Source: a virus
Taxonomy: Duplodnaviria > Caudoviricetes
IMG/VR virus record: IMGVR_UViG_3300046170_000220
Location: 1-56,809 of that record
Reading direction: 5' to 3' (one strand)
DNA: 56,809 nt
Below, piece after piece: positions 12,301-20,473 of this stretch; position 1 is the first letter of the stretch, and each line of letters begins with the position of its first letter. Position numbers and translations under genes: made by a program. The notes below the pieces were generated by a model. It did no database searches and was not told where the DNA came from. It was given only the letters and a program-made list of their open reading frames with translations.

Positions 12301-13138
12301 CACTGGAAGGTCTGTAAGCAGATTAGCCAGAGGTGAGTACACTCCAAGCCAAGCCGCCGGTTCCATCACCGGCACAGTCCTTGAGACACTTAACCCGCTC
12401 GGCTCTGGAATAGATGATTACGAAAACATCCTTGCCCCAACTGTGGTTGATCCGTTCCTTTCAGTGGCAATCAACAAGGACTACAAGGGCGCACCGATTT
12501 ACAAGGAAGGCTCACCATTTGGTTTGGCAAAGCCAGACAGTCAAATGTACTGGAACAACACTGGGCCTATACCAAAGTTTATTGCTGATCAGGTTAACAA
12601 ACTAACAGGAGGCAGCCGCGTGACTCCGGGGTATGTTGATATGTCTCCAGATGTTTTGGAGTTCTGGTTCAACTACCTAACAGGAGCAACTGGTGCGTTT
12701 GTTAAGCGTTCCATTGAAGCGCCTGTAAATATATATGATGCAATACAGGGCGACTTTGAAGGCACTCTTGTTGAGACCATTCCATTTGTTAGAAAAGTTG
12801 TAGCCACTCCCACCGAAATACAGGACATGGGTACTTACATTGAGAATAAGGACAAGGTTCTTAGAGCGCGTAAGGAACTTGAGACAGCAATCGCATATGG
12901 GGAAGTCGAACAAGCAAACGAAATCAGAAAAGAATATGCAAAGCTTCTGAAAATTTATGGGCTGATCAAAGGATTTGAGAACGCTAGGAACAGACTGATC
13001 AGGAAGAAGAACGAGATCAAGAACAGTCCACGCATACCAGAAGAGCGCAAATCTAACTTGATCCAGAAGATCAACGAGAGGATCAAGGAGATAGTCACAA
13101 GATCAAACAAGGTCATGTATGATGTTGGGATACGGTAA
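6296..13138 (+). CDS. Giant polyvalent virion protein: zincin metallopeptidase, several effector-like domains, LPD38-like C-terminus
   Basis: HEVIH...EEAVAE zincin motif; LTHYS...RSYYG...AGYSGY ART-like segment; GPKIG...TMDRWW...QALMW HhH-GPD-like segment; ARNITVNFAKGG...FLFYNASLQG typical of LPD38-type C-termini. Confidence 0.75.
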   Translation: MASRDVDIVTENVLEPDKIKDGFIVEGYYDGSGEGRKIIALAMEIYDPNLTEAQLFQRLRGVLNHEVIHALRGLGVLTEQEFATLVKAASKRKFVKKVGGRLVERDYTFLDRAVAMNEGQSIEYQQEEAVAEMFRSYADGKIKVAGKPRTIFQKIGRFFKSIFNAHRDAGFTDAASIFDNIQSGKIGRRERSLQKAAAVPAGTKYSTAGIRAGFHAPDIDKKAAERIGMSFKDVTKRVEELTKSANELSDGEITYDEYDKRVNKFKPIIPYQTVPAPATTKEMVSALSEGKKAKVGKASEIQDNTPVKLRLDIPSYTQKGVWVPTIHGQDNRTIAHESTAIVTNAKFSASDRTALRIAKGAAKGPFATIDGMFKYATPDNAFAVAQEMLADPTVVQVGFDPERHSYFYDRTTTEPVVSADLVVQVGPLVLAKNPQFAPKSDFKYSVARTQGLNTIREFIKNNPDGFTITSQGVSVPIGTPDSGIVVAPIKDAELIVGGDIPINVLREYIENAKAMSGIFNREVFLGGWLNNDNGKYYLDNTLIVNDKAEALYFAQAAKQIAVYDLRVPPYGQEIVTDEGIKQLQEAGIYRSDTAEQYRRSIERASGLFRAARIENQRQREAEASLAARAYSVAITPKADPNGNVRLTHYSPMTDLEVVNPEEQGSNYRMRGEERKRQASAWRQDYPARSYYGLNVGEEGGYSKEYSVGENVYVADVPLADLYNFEEDPEGFKSKADGMITDRVMELSWGDPQGFILTQAEKMVADAGYSGYYTNTPMGLVAAMFNPIKVRPNIADAKKFSIARLSPAEIGLTSINNVNTELGDPVNNYYVQQAPYGSVAMQTAVLKMQQDRGNVVLNWDNPDNWETLARLMAAEAEVALSRDKNALGWYDRTLDTAKRVTSILFPDIKPNTDAESAFIFATAVTSNGVPVIGNWQAAAEQYKNWKETGRFIEKGYGDQGSSMIPAFQLYNAMKDLNYTDLEIKDFLNQKMTVSELRQNNLLKELGYKDSGAESADTEVFVSYILGPKIGQGFYQNLVGNFNTLTMDRWWMRMFNRISGQPFVNPERPETFDKRVSEIIEFSNNPVSDAESTIINVAKAEINADIITPENVDEFSYAVNRYFQRVYKRLTQSINTAKESLAIAEQSGDSAAIQKATDDLLNAEKNRNRDPNKIFLPFKSRLFQRVSGHVKKLEDARKGGAMQEDPRSPKQRQAMRAIANRAREIVQEDLGTSMSNADFQALMWYPEKNLFYSYGVKKGQGDDNDYIDGAIALLEKEGYNVDTIAQALPESDARIVNDRKGAAESYERTGIELTEPDRPEEGAVGDAGGRKRSVARVAPERDYSMPTQVLSDRIDQQAKNHTYDNASRILAKVIRGATFGNVSKQKAQGLSERFLTKYQDSMLPLGKMLDEIRANPDNDMVDAFDAYMQEELSQGVAGARIANNTQDFFEPIAEAMKNIDVSEVQLNSIGSKYIRDYLATEADPRQVIADAYLYARHAKERNKYILDRYKRGNGSGMSDAEADTILSWVNGQPVDIKASLDEVASIADQIIESTNAFRKEGDLIPDFAQVAADPESKWQPTNFSFYVPLRGTLTPEEESVDDFGNVPRRTPNLYGARGRNDARMQGRGNEYATDIVSHLMAQNMLTIQRAEKNKVGKAFYDMVASDQVDTADYAEIVNKVADPDNTLTVKINGEDKYVEIFDDRIARAMKGAMTPQSQSGLVKFMAGLNRLLSNMNTSWNPEFVLSNFPRDLEAAGVNLGQYDEKGLTKDVIAGAFPAVKGIGDFLRTGNISSEWSGWYKEFVDNGGKNATNQMSDLQDSMNSIKSVLNDISNDGLSKKFGAMKNKFTQSGIIKFLDDWNTAVENGVRVSLYKQLVERGYSPKRAAQAARNITVNFAKGGEERAFMNAWFLFYNASLQGTMALTNAAVRSPKVRKLWIGLLMYGFMQDMILGSMSGDEDEDGKSDYDEIGDYELEHNFILPTFGLADEKYIAIPLSYGLNMAVNTGRSVSRLARGEYTPSQAAGSITGTVLETLNPLGSGIDDYENILAPTVVDPFLSVAINKDYKGAPIYKEGSPFGLAKPDSQMYWNNTGPIPKFIADQVNKLTGGSRVTPGYVDMSPDVLEFWFNYLTGATGAFVKRSIEAPVNIYDAIQGDFEGTLVETIPFVRKVVATPTEIQDMGTYIENKDKVLRARKELETAIAYGEVEQANEIRKEYAKLLKIYGLIKGFENARNRLIRKKNEIKNSPRIPEERKSNLIQKINERIKEIVTRSNKVMYDVGIR

Positions 13139-13198
13139 CCAACCGCAGTGTTATGTGTTCCAGTGGTGTTTAAACACTAAGCTTAATATAATTTTTTT

Positions 13199-13243
13199 AA
13201 AAAAAATGGGCAGTGGCAATCCAGTGGATATACCCTGCCCATC
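13199..13243 (-). terminator. Rho-independent terminator of the leftward recombination operon
   Basis: Minus strand ATGGGCAG...CTGCCCAT stem followed by T8, between convergent genes. Confidence 0.7.
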
Positions 13244-13258
13244 ATAGTGGTAAAGATC

Positions 13259-13687
13259 TTATATTTCAGTGAATGCCGCCATAGGTATGGACGCCACAGG
13301 CTCAATGTCCTGCCAATCCTCACGATCCTTTCTTCCCCCTATAACATATTTGAATTGTTGGCATATGTTTGTCCAAGCAGTTGCATCAACCCACCTCACC
13401 GCCAGTATAACAGGGATGCCTGTCACGGCCTGTAGGTTGCATGCCGACATTACCTTACCCAAAGACAAAATATAACTTGAGTAAGTGTCCTTGCTTACTG
13501 ATCGGCACTTCACTTCAACAAACGCTACGATGACACCATCCCTTACAGCGGCAAAGTCTACACCGTATTTGACTGGCAGCTTGTAATAAGTGCAATCGAA
13601 CTTCTTTGATAGTTCTTCCATGACCGCGACCTCATTAGTCAGGTCAGCCTTCTTCTCGTAACGTGGGCGCAATCTTCTTCTCCTCAA
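13259..13687 (-). CDS. PD-(D/E)xK nuclease-family protein
   Basis: YGVDFAAVRDG...FVEVKCR motif. Confidence 0.7.
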   Translation of the reverse strand: MRRRRLRPRYEKKADLTNEVAVMEELSKKFDCTYYKLPVKYGVDFAAVRDGVIVAFVEVKCRSVSKDTYSSYILSLGKVMSACNLQAVTGIPVILAVRWVDATAWTNICQQFKYVIGGRKDREDWQDIEPVASIPMAAFTEI

Positions 13688-13874
13688 TCCAATTTAGAAT
13701 GTCATCCTTAGCCCACCTGCTGGTGCGCTCGCCAAACTGGTATGGCTTTGGAAATGTTTTGTCACCATCTATTATACGATAGACAGTAGTCCTGCTAACA
13801 GCAAGAAGCTTTGCCACATCTACTAGCTTTAGTAGATCATTGTTATCTGTCATTTTTGATACCCCTGTTTCCAT
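13644..13874 (-). CDS. AlpA/excisionase-like HTH DNA-binding protein
   Basis: VAKLLAVSRTTVYRII...FPKPYQFGERTSRW...I.NWIE. Confidence 0.85.
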   Translation of the reverse strand: METGVSKMTDNNDLLKLVDVAKLLAVSRTTVYRIIDGDKTFPKPYQFGERTSRWAKDDILNWIEEKKIAPTLREEG

Positions 13875-14332
13875 CTTGAGAACTCCTCCGTTAGTTCTTT
13901 AAATTTTTCCCTAGCTTCAGAGTTTGTTTTCAAGTCTGCCCGACTGCCTATGCCAAGGGTTGACCGCAAGGTATCGGCAACAGCCGCATCCCTCTCACCA
14001 AAGCTGCTTTCAATGTAGTCCTTGTCTAACATGTAGCCTCTTTCAAAAAGAAACTCAGCAAACTCATCATTCCGACAAAGCATGCCAGCACTAGCAACCA
14101 TTTTATCAACATCTCTTTGTTGGTCGCTGATCTCCGGCTTGTCCTCATCGTTTAGCTTGACCATTGCCACCATGTAGCGAGAGCCAACCCAATCAGTGTG
14201 AAGGCTAGGCGGCACTTCGTTTGGGTGCAAGGCAAGGCGTAGTATGGTTCCTTGCTTGCTCTGAGACATTGATGTCTTGACAGCCTCAAAGTTTACCGCA
14301 GCACTCCTTACATCAACGTCATCACTTTCCAT
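13850..14332 (-). CDS. Hypothetical phage protein
   Basis: 160 aa, overlapping neighbours in the operon. Confidence 0.7.
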   Translation of the reverse strand: MESDDVDVRSAAVNFEAVKTSMSQSKQGTILRLALHPNEVPPSLHTDWVGSRYMVAMVKLNDEDKPEISDQQRDVDKMVASAGMLCRNDEFAEFLFERGYMLDKDYIESSFGERDAAVADTLRSTLGIGSRADLKTNSEAREKFKELTEEFSRWKQGYQK

Positions 14333-14573
14333 ATGGACTCTCCGTTAAAAAGATCTCTGACTTTCTTTCATCGTAATGATCTCTGTCAGTAAAGTTTCTG
14401 ACATGTGTGACACGCTTTATACCCTGATCGGTGCGCTCCCAAGTAACCATCTCCTGACGAAATACATTCTCAGGATTGTCGGGGAAAAACTTTTCGGGCA
14501 GCGTCTTAGACAAACCACACAAACCCTTTGTCGGAAAATAACAAAGGTCTTTTTCTTTTCTTAATTGTTTCAT
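14322..14573 (-). CDS. Hypothetical protein
   Basis: Start/stop overlap with neighbours. Confidence 0.55.
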   Translation of the reverse strand: MKQLRKEKDLCYFPTKGLCGLSKTLPEKFFPDNPENVFRQEMVTWERTDQGIKRVTHVRNFTDRDHYDERKSEIFLTESPYGK

Positions 14574-14881
14574 CTTTCTATCCTCGAAATGTTTTGCTTA
14601 GAACCAGTGTCAACACTGTTCCTGAGTTCGTTCAAACCATTTACGGCTTGCCTTACCATTGAGTTCTTTGAACTGTGCATAGATGGGTTTAAGGTTAGCC
14701 AGTTACTGCTGCCTTGGAAGTTTCCACGTTTGGCATTTTGATAGTGCCTTGTGCTTCTTGGAAACTTTCTTTTGTCCACCTTTCCATTTTCAAACTGAGC
14801 CTTGTAGTCGAGAACTTTTTTGCTCAAGGTCTTCAACTCAAGGGCAAACTCTTCGACAGTCATGTTAACCGCGTTCTTCAT
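14570..14881 (-). CDS. Hypothetical basic protein
   Basis: Coupled to neighbours. Confidence 0.55.
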   Translation of the reverse strand: MKNAVNMTVEEFALELKTLSKKVLDYKAQFENGKVDKRKFPRSTRHYQNAKRGNFQGSSNWLTLNPSMHSSKNSMVRQAVNGLNELRNSVDTGSKQNISRIER

Positions 14882-15116
14882 CTAGCGTCTCCTCAACAAC
14901 TTTAATTCTGCCCAAGGCCACATCAATCATGGCACACCACATATCAAGTCTGTTGTGATGCTGAGGTAATGCAGCAAACACCTGCATCATCTCATCTGTT
15001 GGGTTTCTCATAGCCAGTATGGCTCTTTCAGCAAGAAACCTTGATGGAACAGACTGCCCCATCTTCGATCTCGCACACTCTATGGCGTCACCCACAGTAT
15101 CAATTGCTCCTGTCAT
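14865..15116 (-). CDS. Hypothetical protein
   Basis: AILAMRNPTDEM...W.AMIDVAL pattern seen in small phage proteins. Confidence 0.6.
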   Translation of the reverse strand: MTGAIDTVGDAIECARSKMGQSVPSRFLAERAILAMRNPTDEMMQVFAALPQHHNRLDMWCAMIDVALGRIKVVEETLDEERG

Positions 15117-15390
15117 TAAACTTCTCCCAATTCAATCTAGCCCACTCTTTAGGATCGACTCCCTGTAGATCCCACCAAGTTCTCTCATCACCAAAAGCAT
15201 GTAGTTTCATATGACAAGAGTGGCACAGAGGCACACACCAGTTGTCTCCAACCTTCATTCCCATAGCGTTAGGCTCTGCGAACATAATGTGATGCGCCTC
15301 TGCGCCATACCCACAGACCAAACACGGTCTCCCTCGCAGGGTCTGTAGATATTTCTTTGACCTCACACGTTTAGAACGGAATGTTGTCAT
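15100..15390 (-). CDS. DUF968/Ref-like HNH zinc-finger nuclease
   Basis: PCLVCG...EAHH...VPLCHSCHMKLH; ATG at 15390 (MTTFRSK) preferred. Confidence 0.75.
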   Translation of the reverse strand: MTTFRSKRVRSKKYLQTLRGRPCLVCGYGAEAHHIMFAEPNAMGMKVGDNWCVPLCHSCHMKLHAFGDERTWWDLQGVDPKEWARLNWEKFNDRSN

Positions 15391-15661
15391 CGAGTTTCTG
15401 TGGCTGCTGTTGAGCGGCACCATTAGGGCGCTCCTCATATGCATTGCCAAGCAATGAAAGGAATGGCTTGCCAGTCTTTTGGCTAACCTTCTTCCATCCG
15501 ATCAGTGAAACCTTAGGCTTTGTTACACCTCTGCTCATCTGATCAACGAGGTCATTCACGACCTCATCCGATAGCTCAATCTGTCCTGTGTAGTCTGGAC
15601 TTTTTTCGCTTTTCTTTCTGTCGTTCTGAAATAGAACGCCTGATGGTGGGTAGTCATTCAT
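15371..15661 (-). CDS. Single-stranded DNA-binding protein (phage type)
   Basis: SGVLFQN...PDYTG and acidic C-terminal DDNIPF tail; next to the annealase. Confidence 0.75.
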   Translation of the reverse strand: MNDYPPSGVLFQNDRKKSEKSPDYTGQIELSDEVVNDLVDQMSRGVTKPKVSLIGWKKVSQKTGKPFLSLLGNAYEERPNGAAQQQPQKLDDNIPF

Positions 15662-16302
15662 GCCGCTTCTCCTTTTGTTTCTAGCGAGTCCGCATGTTTC
15701 TTAAAGTTCAATAGAACTTCTTCGTAAAGTTTTTTATCCCCCTTCTCCAAGGCGGATCTTGCACTCTGGTTTTCTGACCAGAATTTTCTTAGCGCTGGCA
15801 CTGTCTGGCAATCAGGGATGAATGTGTTGAACACCTCAGCCACAAGCTTCACACCCTCAACCTCTTCCTTCTTTCCGTCAGAAGAAGTGATGGTGTGCTT
15901 TGGTTCAGCCCCACTCGGCAGGTCTTCGCCAGCATAGATGTAGTGTCCAAGTCCGTGCATGGCGCAGCACTTAGCTAGGCAACGCTGTAAGGCGGTGTTG
16001 ACTTGGAAGCTGTCTGGATTTGCGACAGCTTTGTTGGCATGGTTTAGGACAGGCAAGACCTCAGTCTGACTATGCCCCTCGATGTCAACCGATACAGTAA
16101 CAAAGGCGTATCCATTTTCATCGAGCATGTATGGGCGCGAACTATTCGCCCCAACATGTAGGTGCTTGGTGTACTTCGCAGAGGGATAATGATCTTTCAC
16201 TATGCCCCAAGCCCAAGCCCAACTCAGATATGTTAGACCATTCTTTTCTTCGGTATGATCAGACACATCGATCAGTGAAAGGGTTTTCCAAACTTCGCTC
16301 AT
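15658..16302 (-). CDS. Sak/Rad52-like single-strand annealing protein (DUF1071)
   Basis: GLTYLSWAWAW...NTALQRCLAKCCAMHGLGHYIYAGEDLP. Confidence 0.85.
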   Translation of the reverse strand: MSEVWKTLSLIDVSDHTEEKNGLTYLSWAWAWGIVKDHYPSAKYTKHLHVGANSSRPYMLDENGYAFVTVSVDIEGHSQTEVLPVLNHANKAVANPDSFQVNTALQRCLAKCCAMHGLGHYIYAGEDLPSGAEPKHTITSSDGKKEEVEGVKLVAEVFNTFIPDCQTVPALRKFWSENQSARSALEKGDKKLYEEVLLNFKKHADSLETKGEAA

Positions 16303-16610
16303 TATTTTTTACCTCTTTGCTTCCAAACACGGAGAGACACTTCACCAGTATCTCTTGTTTCTACTGTCCTTGTTACGCAAGAAAAGCCACACTTGATTAT
16401 GGCGTTACGCAAAGCCCTCATCCTTATATAAACAGCAGCCTTTTCACCAGAGATAACAACAGAGTCTCCGTGTTTCATTTTTGCAGCCATGTCTAGCCAC
16501 TTACCGCCCTTACGCGAGCGCGGTGGCATCTCTACATTAGACTCAATATTTCCAATTTTAAATGTCACTTTATTCTCCCTTGAATTGTGAACAAAAATCA
16601 GCAACTCCAC
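16302..16610 (-). CDS. Small putative DNA-binding protein
   Basis: IESNVEMPP...MKHGDSV...LRVWK. Confidence 0.55.
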   Translation of the reverse strand: MELLIFVHNSRENKVTFKIGNIESNVEMPPRSRKGGKWLDMAAKMKHGDSVVISGEKAAVYIRMRALRNAIIKCGFSCVTRTVETRDTGEVSLRVWKQRGKK

Positions 16611-17433
16611 AGTAGTTGCCCTTACACCTTACCGCTTCTCCGGCTCGGTATTCTATCTCCGTTGCAACGCTCTGTGCTTCGGAAAAATCTTTAGCTTCTG
16701 CCTCGCTATTGAATACACGCATGGCTCGCTTCAATCCCTTCTTCTTTACCGCCCAAGCATCATCTCTTTTCCATGTCTCTTCATCTGAGCATGGCGGGAA
16801 CATCTGCACCAAATCGTAATTCATCTGTGCATCTTGATGCAATTGCACCCGCTCTTTCATGTAGCTGATGCGGTCTTCCTCTGACCAGATAGGTATGTTG
16901 ACCAACACAACAGGAGCCTTTGGGTAGTCAGGCTTGAACTTTGCGTCACGGTTATTCCAGTCTCTGAGTATGGCGCAGATCTGTATCTTGCTAACCCTCA
17001 ATCCTTTGTTCTTTTGAACGAGGTAAGCGTATACGTTAAGCTGGTTCTCCCACTCAGGCTTGCCATGTATGACAGACCAAACGCTAGTGCATTTGTAATC
17101 TGTAATCTCAACAGATGTCCTGCCAATTTTTTGATGATCAATCGCACCTGATATAGTCCAGTCATTTACAGTGGCATACAACCTTTCCTCAAGGATCACA
17201 TCGTCAGACTTATCGCTCTCCAGTATGTGGTGAACAGCAGTGCCGAACAAAGGCCAGATCATATCCGCTACATCAACCTGTCTATCACTCGCGTGATGAT
17301 CACGCATAAGCCTAACCCTTGGGCTATCAATTAATGTTGTCGCTGATATATCAGCTTTGCCTTTACTGTATTTGTCATTTCTGGCAAACTCAACGAATGC
17401 ATTTGGTAGATTGTGTGTGTTAGTTATTTTCAT
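16570..17433 (-). CDS. Cas4-like PD-(D/E)xK exonuclease
   Basis: GTAVHHILE, ISGAID, ITDYK, QLNVY, C-terminal cysteines; AGGAGG RBS. Confidence 0.8.
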   Translation of the reverse strand: MKITNTHNLPNAFVEFARNDKYSKGKADISATTLIDSPRVRLMRDHHASDRQVDVADMIWPLFGTAVHHILESDKSDDVILEERLYATVNDWTISGAIDHQKIGRTSVEITDYKCTSVWSVIHGKPEWENQLNVYAYLVQKNKGLRVSKIQICAILRDWNNRDAKFKPDYPKAPVVLVNIPIWSEEDRISYMKERVQLHQDAQMNYDLVQMFPPCSDEETWKRDDAWAVKKKGLKRAMRVFNSEAEAKDFSEAQSVATEIEYRAGEAVRCKGNYCGVADFCSQFKGE

Positions 17434-17451
17434 AACGTCCTCCTAGACCAT

Positions 17452-17479
17452 AAGATACCACGGCTAACCATACAGTCAA
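17452..17479 (-). promoter_or_regulatory. Sigma70-type promoter for the leftward recombination operon
   Basis: Minus strand TTGACT-N16-TATCTT with a TG extension, upstream of AGGAGG and ATG 17433. Confidence 0.6.
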
Positions 17480-17499
17480 CTACTTTTTTTGAGGGTGCT

Positions 17500-17910
17500 A
17501 TGACAAGGCCGACACATCTATTCACAATCGTTGGTGAGCCAGCATCTAAAGCCAATAGCAGGAAGTTTGTAGTCATACGAGGTAGGCCAGCCTCGATCAA
17601 GTCAGACAAGGCCAGAAACTATGTTAAGATGTTTGATGCTCAGTGCGTCAGGCTAGAAAAACTTTTTACATGTGATGTATGTGTGGAGATGTTGATTTAC
17701 TATTCAACCAGAAGACCTGATCTGGATGAGAGTTTGATACTCGACTGCATGCAAGGAAAGATTTACGAGAATGACAGACAGGTCAAAGAGAAGCATATAT
17801 ACTGGGGATTGGATCGGGGGAACCCAAGAACAATCATCAGAGTGTCGCCTTTGGAGACAGGTAATATCCCAAGCTATTTCGGATGCGTATCTGGACGATC
17901 AGAAGAATAA
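17500..17910 (+). CDS. rusA: RusA-like Holliday junction resolvase
   Basis: GEPASKANSR...RRPDLD..LILDCMQG.IYENDRQV; ATG 17500. Confidence 0.75.
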   Translation: MTRPTHLFTIVGEPASKANSRKFVVIRGRPASIKSDKARNYVKMFDAQCVRLEKLFTCDVCVEMLIYYSTRRPDLDESLILDCMQGKIYENDRQVKEKHIYWGLDRGNPRTIIRVSPLETGNIPSYFGCVSGRSEE

Positions 17911-18085
17911 GATTGCTGTCATAACATGGCTTGAAACACCAGACTTCGATGATGTCTGTGACTTCGCAGCACTACACCCTGAGCAAACAAAGAAACATTT
18001 CTACAAGATACTTGAAAGCAAGCCAGCCATCGCAAGATTTATTGGAAGAAAACTTAAAGATGCTATTGAGCGACAAGGCAACTAG
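17771..18085 (+). CDS. Hypothetical protein
   Basis: LWRQVISQAISDA...WL...DFDDVCDFA pattern common in phages. Confidence 0.6.
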   Translation: MTDRSKRSIYTGDWIGGTQEQSSECRLWRQVISQAISDAYLDDQKNKIAVITWLETPDFDDVCDFAALHPEQTKKHFYKILESKPAIARFIGRKLKDAIERQGN

Positions 18086-18154
18086 TTATAAACTACTAGT
18101 GTAACTAGCTACTAGTTATAAGTTACTAGTATAATATTATATATATAACTAGTA
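18081..18154. repeat. AT-rich ACTAGT array 1 (candidate origin or operator)
   Basis: ACTAGT at 18081, 18095, 18111, 18125, 18148; ACTAGC at 18104. Confidence 0.8.
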
Positions 18155-18239
18155 ACCTTCCGACAGGCTAAAAATTTCAGTGTTGACAATGCTCACTGTT
18201 TAACATAGTGGTGTGTATTGTACATCATAGGGAGGCACT

Positions 18240-20003
18240 ATGGACAAGTTATCACTGAGGAATGCAGCCATAAAGCTTGGCGGTGGGCAGCACAAGATTA
18301 ACTGCCCAAGCTGCGAGTCTGAACGCAAGAAGAAAAATCAGAAGACACTATCAATCAAGATCGAAATGGATAGCATCATGTACCAGTGTTGGCATTGCCA
18401 GCAATCTGGCGTGATCTCTATTGAGGATCGCATACAGCCAATAAAAAAGGAGAAGGCCATGCCGCTTGCCGTAAAGAGAGATTGGGACACATTGTCCAAG
18501 GGCGCAGTTGACTATCTCTCTGAACGCGGCATATCAAAAGCAACAGCGGATTTGGCTGGTCTAAAATCCACAACCCACTACATCAATGCTGTTGGCAGAG
18601 AGGTTGAGTGTCTTGTTTTTCCCTACACAAATCAGGGGCAGAACTACGCGGCAAAGATTAGATCATTGAGCGAGAAGGGGTTCGCCTGTAGTGGCAGCCC
18701 TCAATCATTTTTTAATATCGATAATGTTGACCGCAACGACTGGCTGATAATCTGTGAAGGCGAGATGGATGTCCTTTCATTCTTGGAGTGCGGCTACAAA
18801 AGCGTTGTGTCAGTACCGAATGGCGCTGTCATGAAGGTTGTTGATGGCAAGATAGACCCACATGAGGACAACAAGTTTCAGTTCCTCTGGAATGCCAAGA
18901 AGCAAATAGACAAAGCCGACAGGGTTGTTATCGCTACAGACGCAGACAGTGCTGGTCAGGCAATGGCAGAGGAGATGGCGCGGCGTATTGGCAAAGACAG
19001 ATGTTGGAAGGTTGAATGGCCTGATGATTGCAAGGATGCCAACGATGTGCTGACTAAGCACGGCAAGAAAAAGCTGGATGATCTTGCGGCATTCTGTAAG
19101 CCTTGGCCTGTCTCCGGCCTGTATGATGCGGAGCATTTCTATGAAGAGGTTGATGAGATCTTTGAAAAGGGAATGGGCAGGGGCGAAAGCACTGGGTATC
19201 CAAACGTGGATGAACTTTACACTGTCGTTGATGGTCAGCTTACTGTTGTCACTGGTCACCCATCATCCGGCAAGTCTGAGTTTATAGATCAGATACTGGT
19301 TAACCTTGCGGAATCAAAGGGTTGGAAGTTTGCGCTGTGTTCTTTTGAGAACGAGCCGCGTTTGCACATTGCAAAGATGGCAAGTAAGCATATCAGGAAA
19401 CCATTCTTCACTGGGCTTACACCAAGAATGACAACTGAGGAGCTGAAGAGAGGAAAGGAATTTGTTCAAGCGCACTTTTCTTTTTTGTACCAAGCTGACG
19501 GATCGCAGTCTACCATTGAGAGTATAGTCGAGCGTTTAAAGATTGCTGTCCTTAGGCACGGCATTAGGGGTGCGGTCATTGATCCGTACAACTACATTGC
19601 CAAGACCAAGGGTGATCAAAGCGAGACAGACTGGATCTCAGACATGCTGACGCAGCTTCGCGTGTTTGCTCAGGCGCATGGCATTCACCTATGGTTTGTG
19701 GCGCACCCGACCAAGATGTTGCGCGGTCAGGATGGCAAGGTTCCTGTTCCAAAGGGCTATGATATATCTGGCTCCGCTGCTTGGTTTGCTAAGGCAGATG
19801 TTGGCCTGTCAGTTCATAGGCCACAACCAGAAACATCTGGGTCAGAGATCCACATATGGAAGTGCAGGTTTAGCTGGGTAGGAAAGCAAGGACAAACAGA
19901 ATTGTTTTTCGACAGAACAACATCAACATATCATACAGGATATCACGATGAGATGCTGTCTCCCGCTACCTACGCTGAGGCAAGTGAGGGGGTTCCGTTT
20001 TGA
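18240..20003 (+). CDS. T7 gp4/Twinkle-like primase-helicase
   Basis: Zn finger CPSC...CWHC, Toprim ICEGEMD and ATDADSAG, Walker A GHPSSGKS, IDPYN, FVAHP, DISGS. Confidence 0.92.
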   Translation: MDKLSLRNAAIKLGGGQHKINCPSCESERKKKNQKTLSIKIEMDSIMYQCWHCQQSGVISIEDRIQPIKKEKAMPLAVKRDWDTLSKGAVDYLSERGISKATADLAGLKSTTHYINAVGREVECLVFPYTNQGQNYAAKIRSLSEKGFACSGSPQSFFNIDNVDRNDWLIICEGEMDVLSFLECGYKSVVSVPNGAVMKVVDGKIDPHEDNKFQFLWNAKKQIDKADRVVIATDADSAGQAMAEEMARRIGKDRCWKVEWPDDCKDANDVLTKHGKKKLDDLAAFCKPWPVSGLYDAEHFYEEVDEIFEKGMGRGESTGYPNVDELYTVVDGQLTVVTGHPSSGKSEFIDQILVNLAESKGWKFALCSFENEPRLHIAKMASKHIRKPFFTGLTPRMTTEELKRGKEFVQAHFSFLYQADGSQSTIESIVERLKIAVLRHGIRGAVIDPYNYIAKTKGDQSETDWISDMLTQLRVFAQAHGIHLWFVAHPTKMLRGQDGKVPVPKGYDISGSAAWFAKADVGLSVHRPQPETSGSEIHIWKCRFSWVGKQGQTELFFDRTTSTYHTGYHDEMLSPATYAEASEGVPF

Positions 20004-20473
20004 GCAATTCAAAGCCTGACCTCGGATCACCCAACCTGTCTAACCACTGCACACTGAGGCCGGAGTTCCTTGGCAAAGGCCACTCCCTACGATTGAAAGT
20101 GATTGATCAAAACATATTGGACAAGCTTTTAAACGATGAGGTTGTGTCCATTGATCAGTACATGGTGATAGACAGACTGGCATCTGATTACTACAAAGCC
20201 AATCTCTCTGGCGTGAAGGCATCTTCATACACCCCAAGGGCTACAACCGCAGCAAAGACAGAGCCAACAAACAAAGAGTTTATGCAGCGAAAAAAAATTA
20301 GTGGGTGTTTGTATGAGGTAAAAGATAGCGCCGGAGAAAAACTTTTAAAAGTTCTAATGAACATTTTGGATGACAAGCCGTTGAGCAAAGATCAAATGAA
20401 AGATTTGTGGGATGACGGTGTGGAAAAAATAGTGGCGAGTATCAATAAATTTTATAAGGAATGGGAACGATGA
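20000..20473 (+). CDS. Hypothetical protein (possible transcription regulator)
   Basis: Coupled to the helicase; position only. Confidence 0.55.
   Translation: MSNSKPDLGSPNLSNHCTLRPEFLGKGHSLRLKVIDQNILDKLLNDEVVSIDQYMVIDRLASDYYKANLSGVKASSYTPRATTAAKTEPTNKEFMQRKKISGCLYEVKDSAGEKLLKVLMNILDDKPLSKDQMKDLWDDGVEKIVASINKFYKEWER

Noticed and set aside
13644-13874. AlpA/excisionase-like gene as evidence of an integrating prophage
   Set aside because: No integrase, att site or host flanks found.
16570-17433. Cas4-like gene as part of a CRISPR-Cas system
   Set aside because: No other cas genes or array; context is an exonuclease-annealase-SSB operon.
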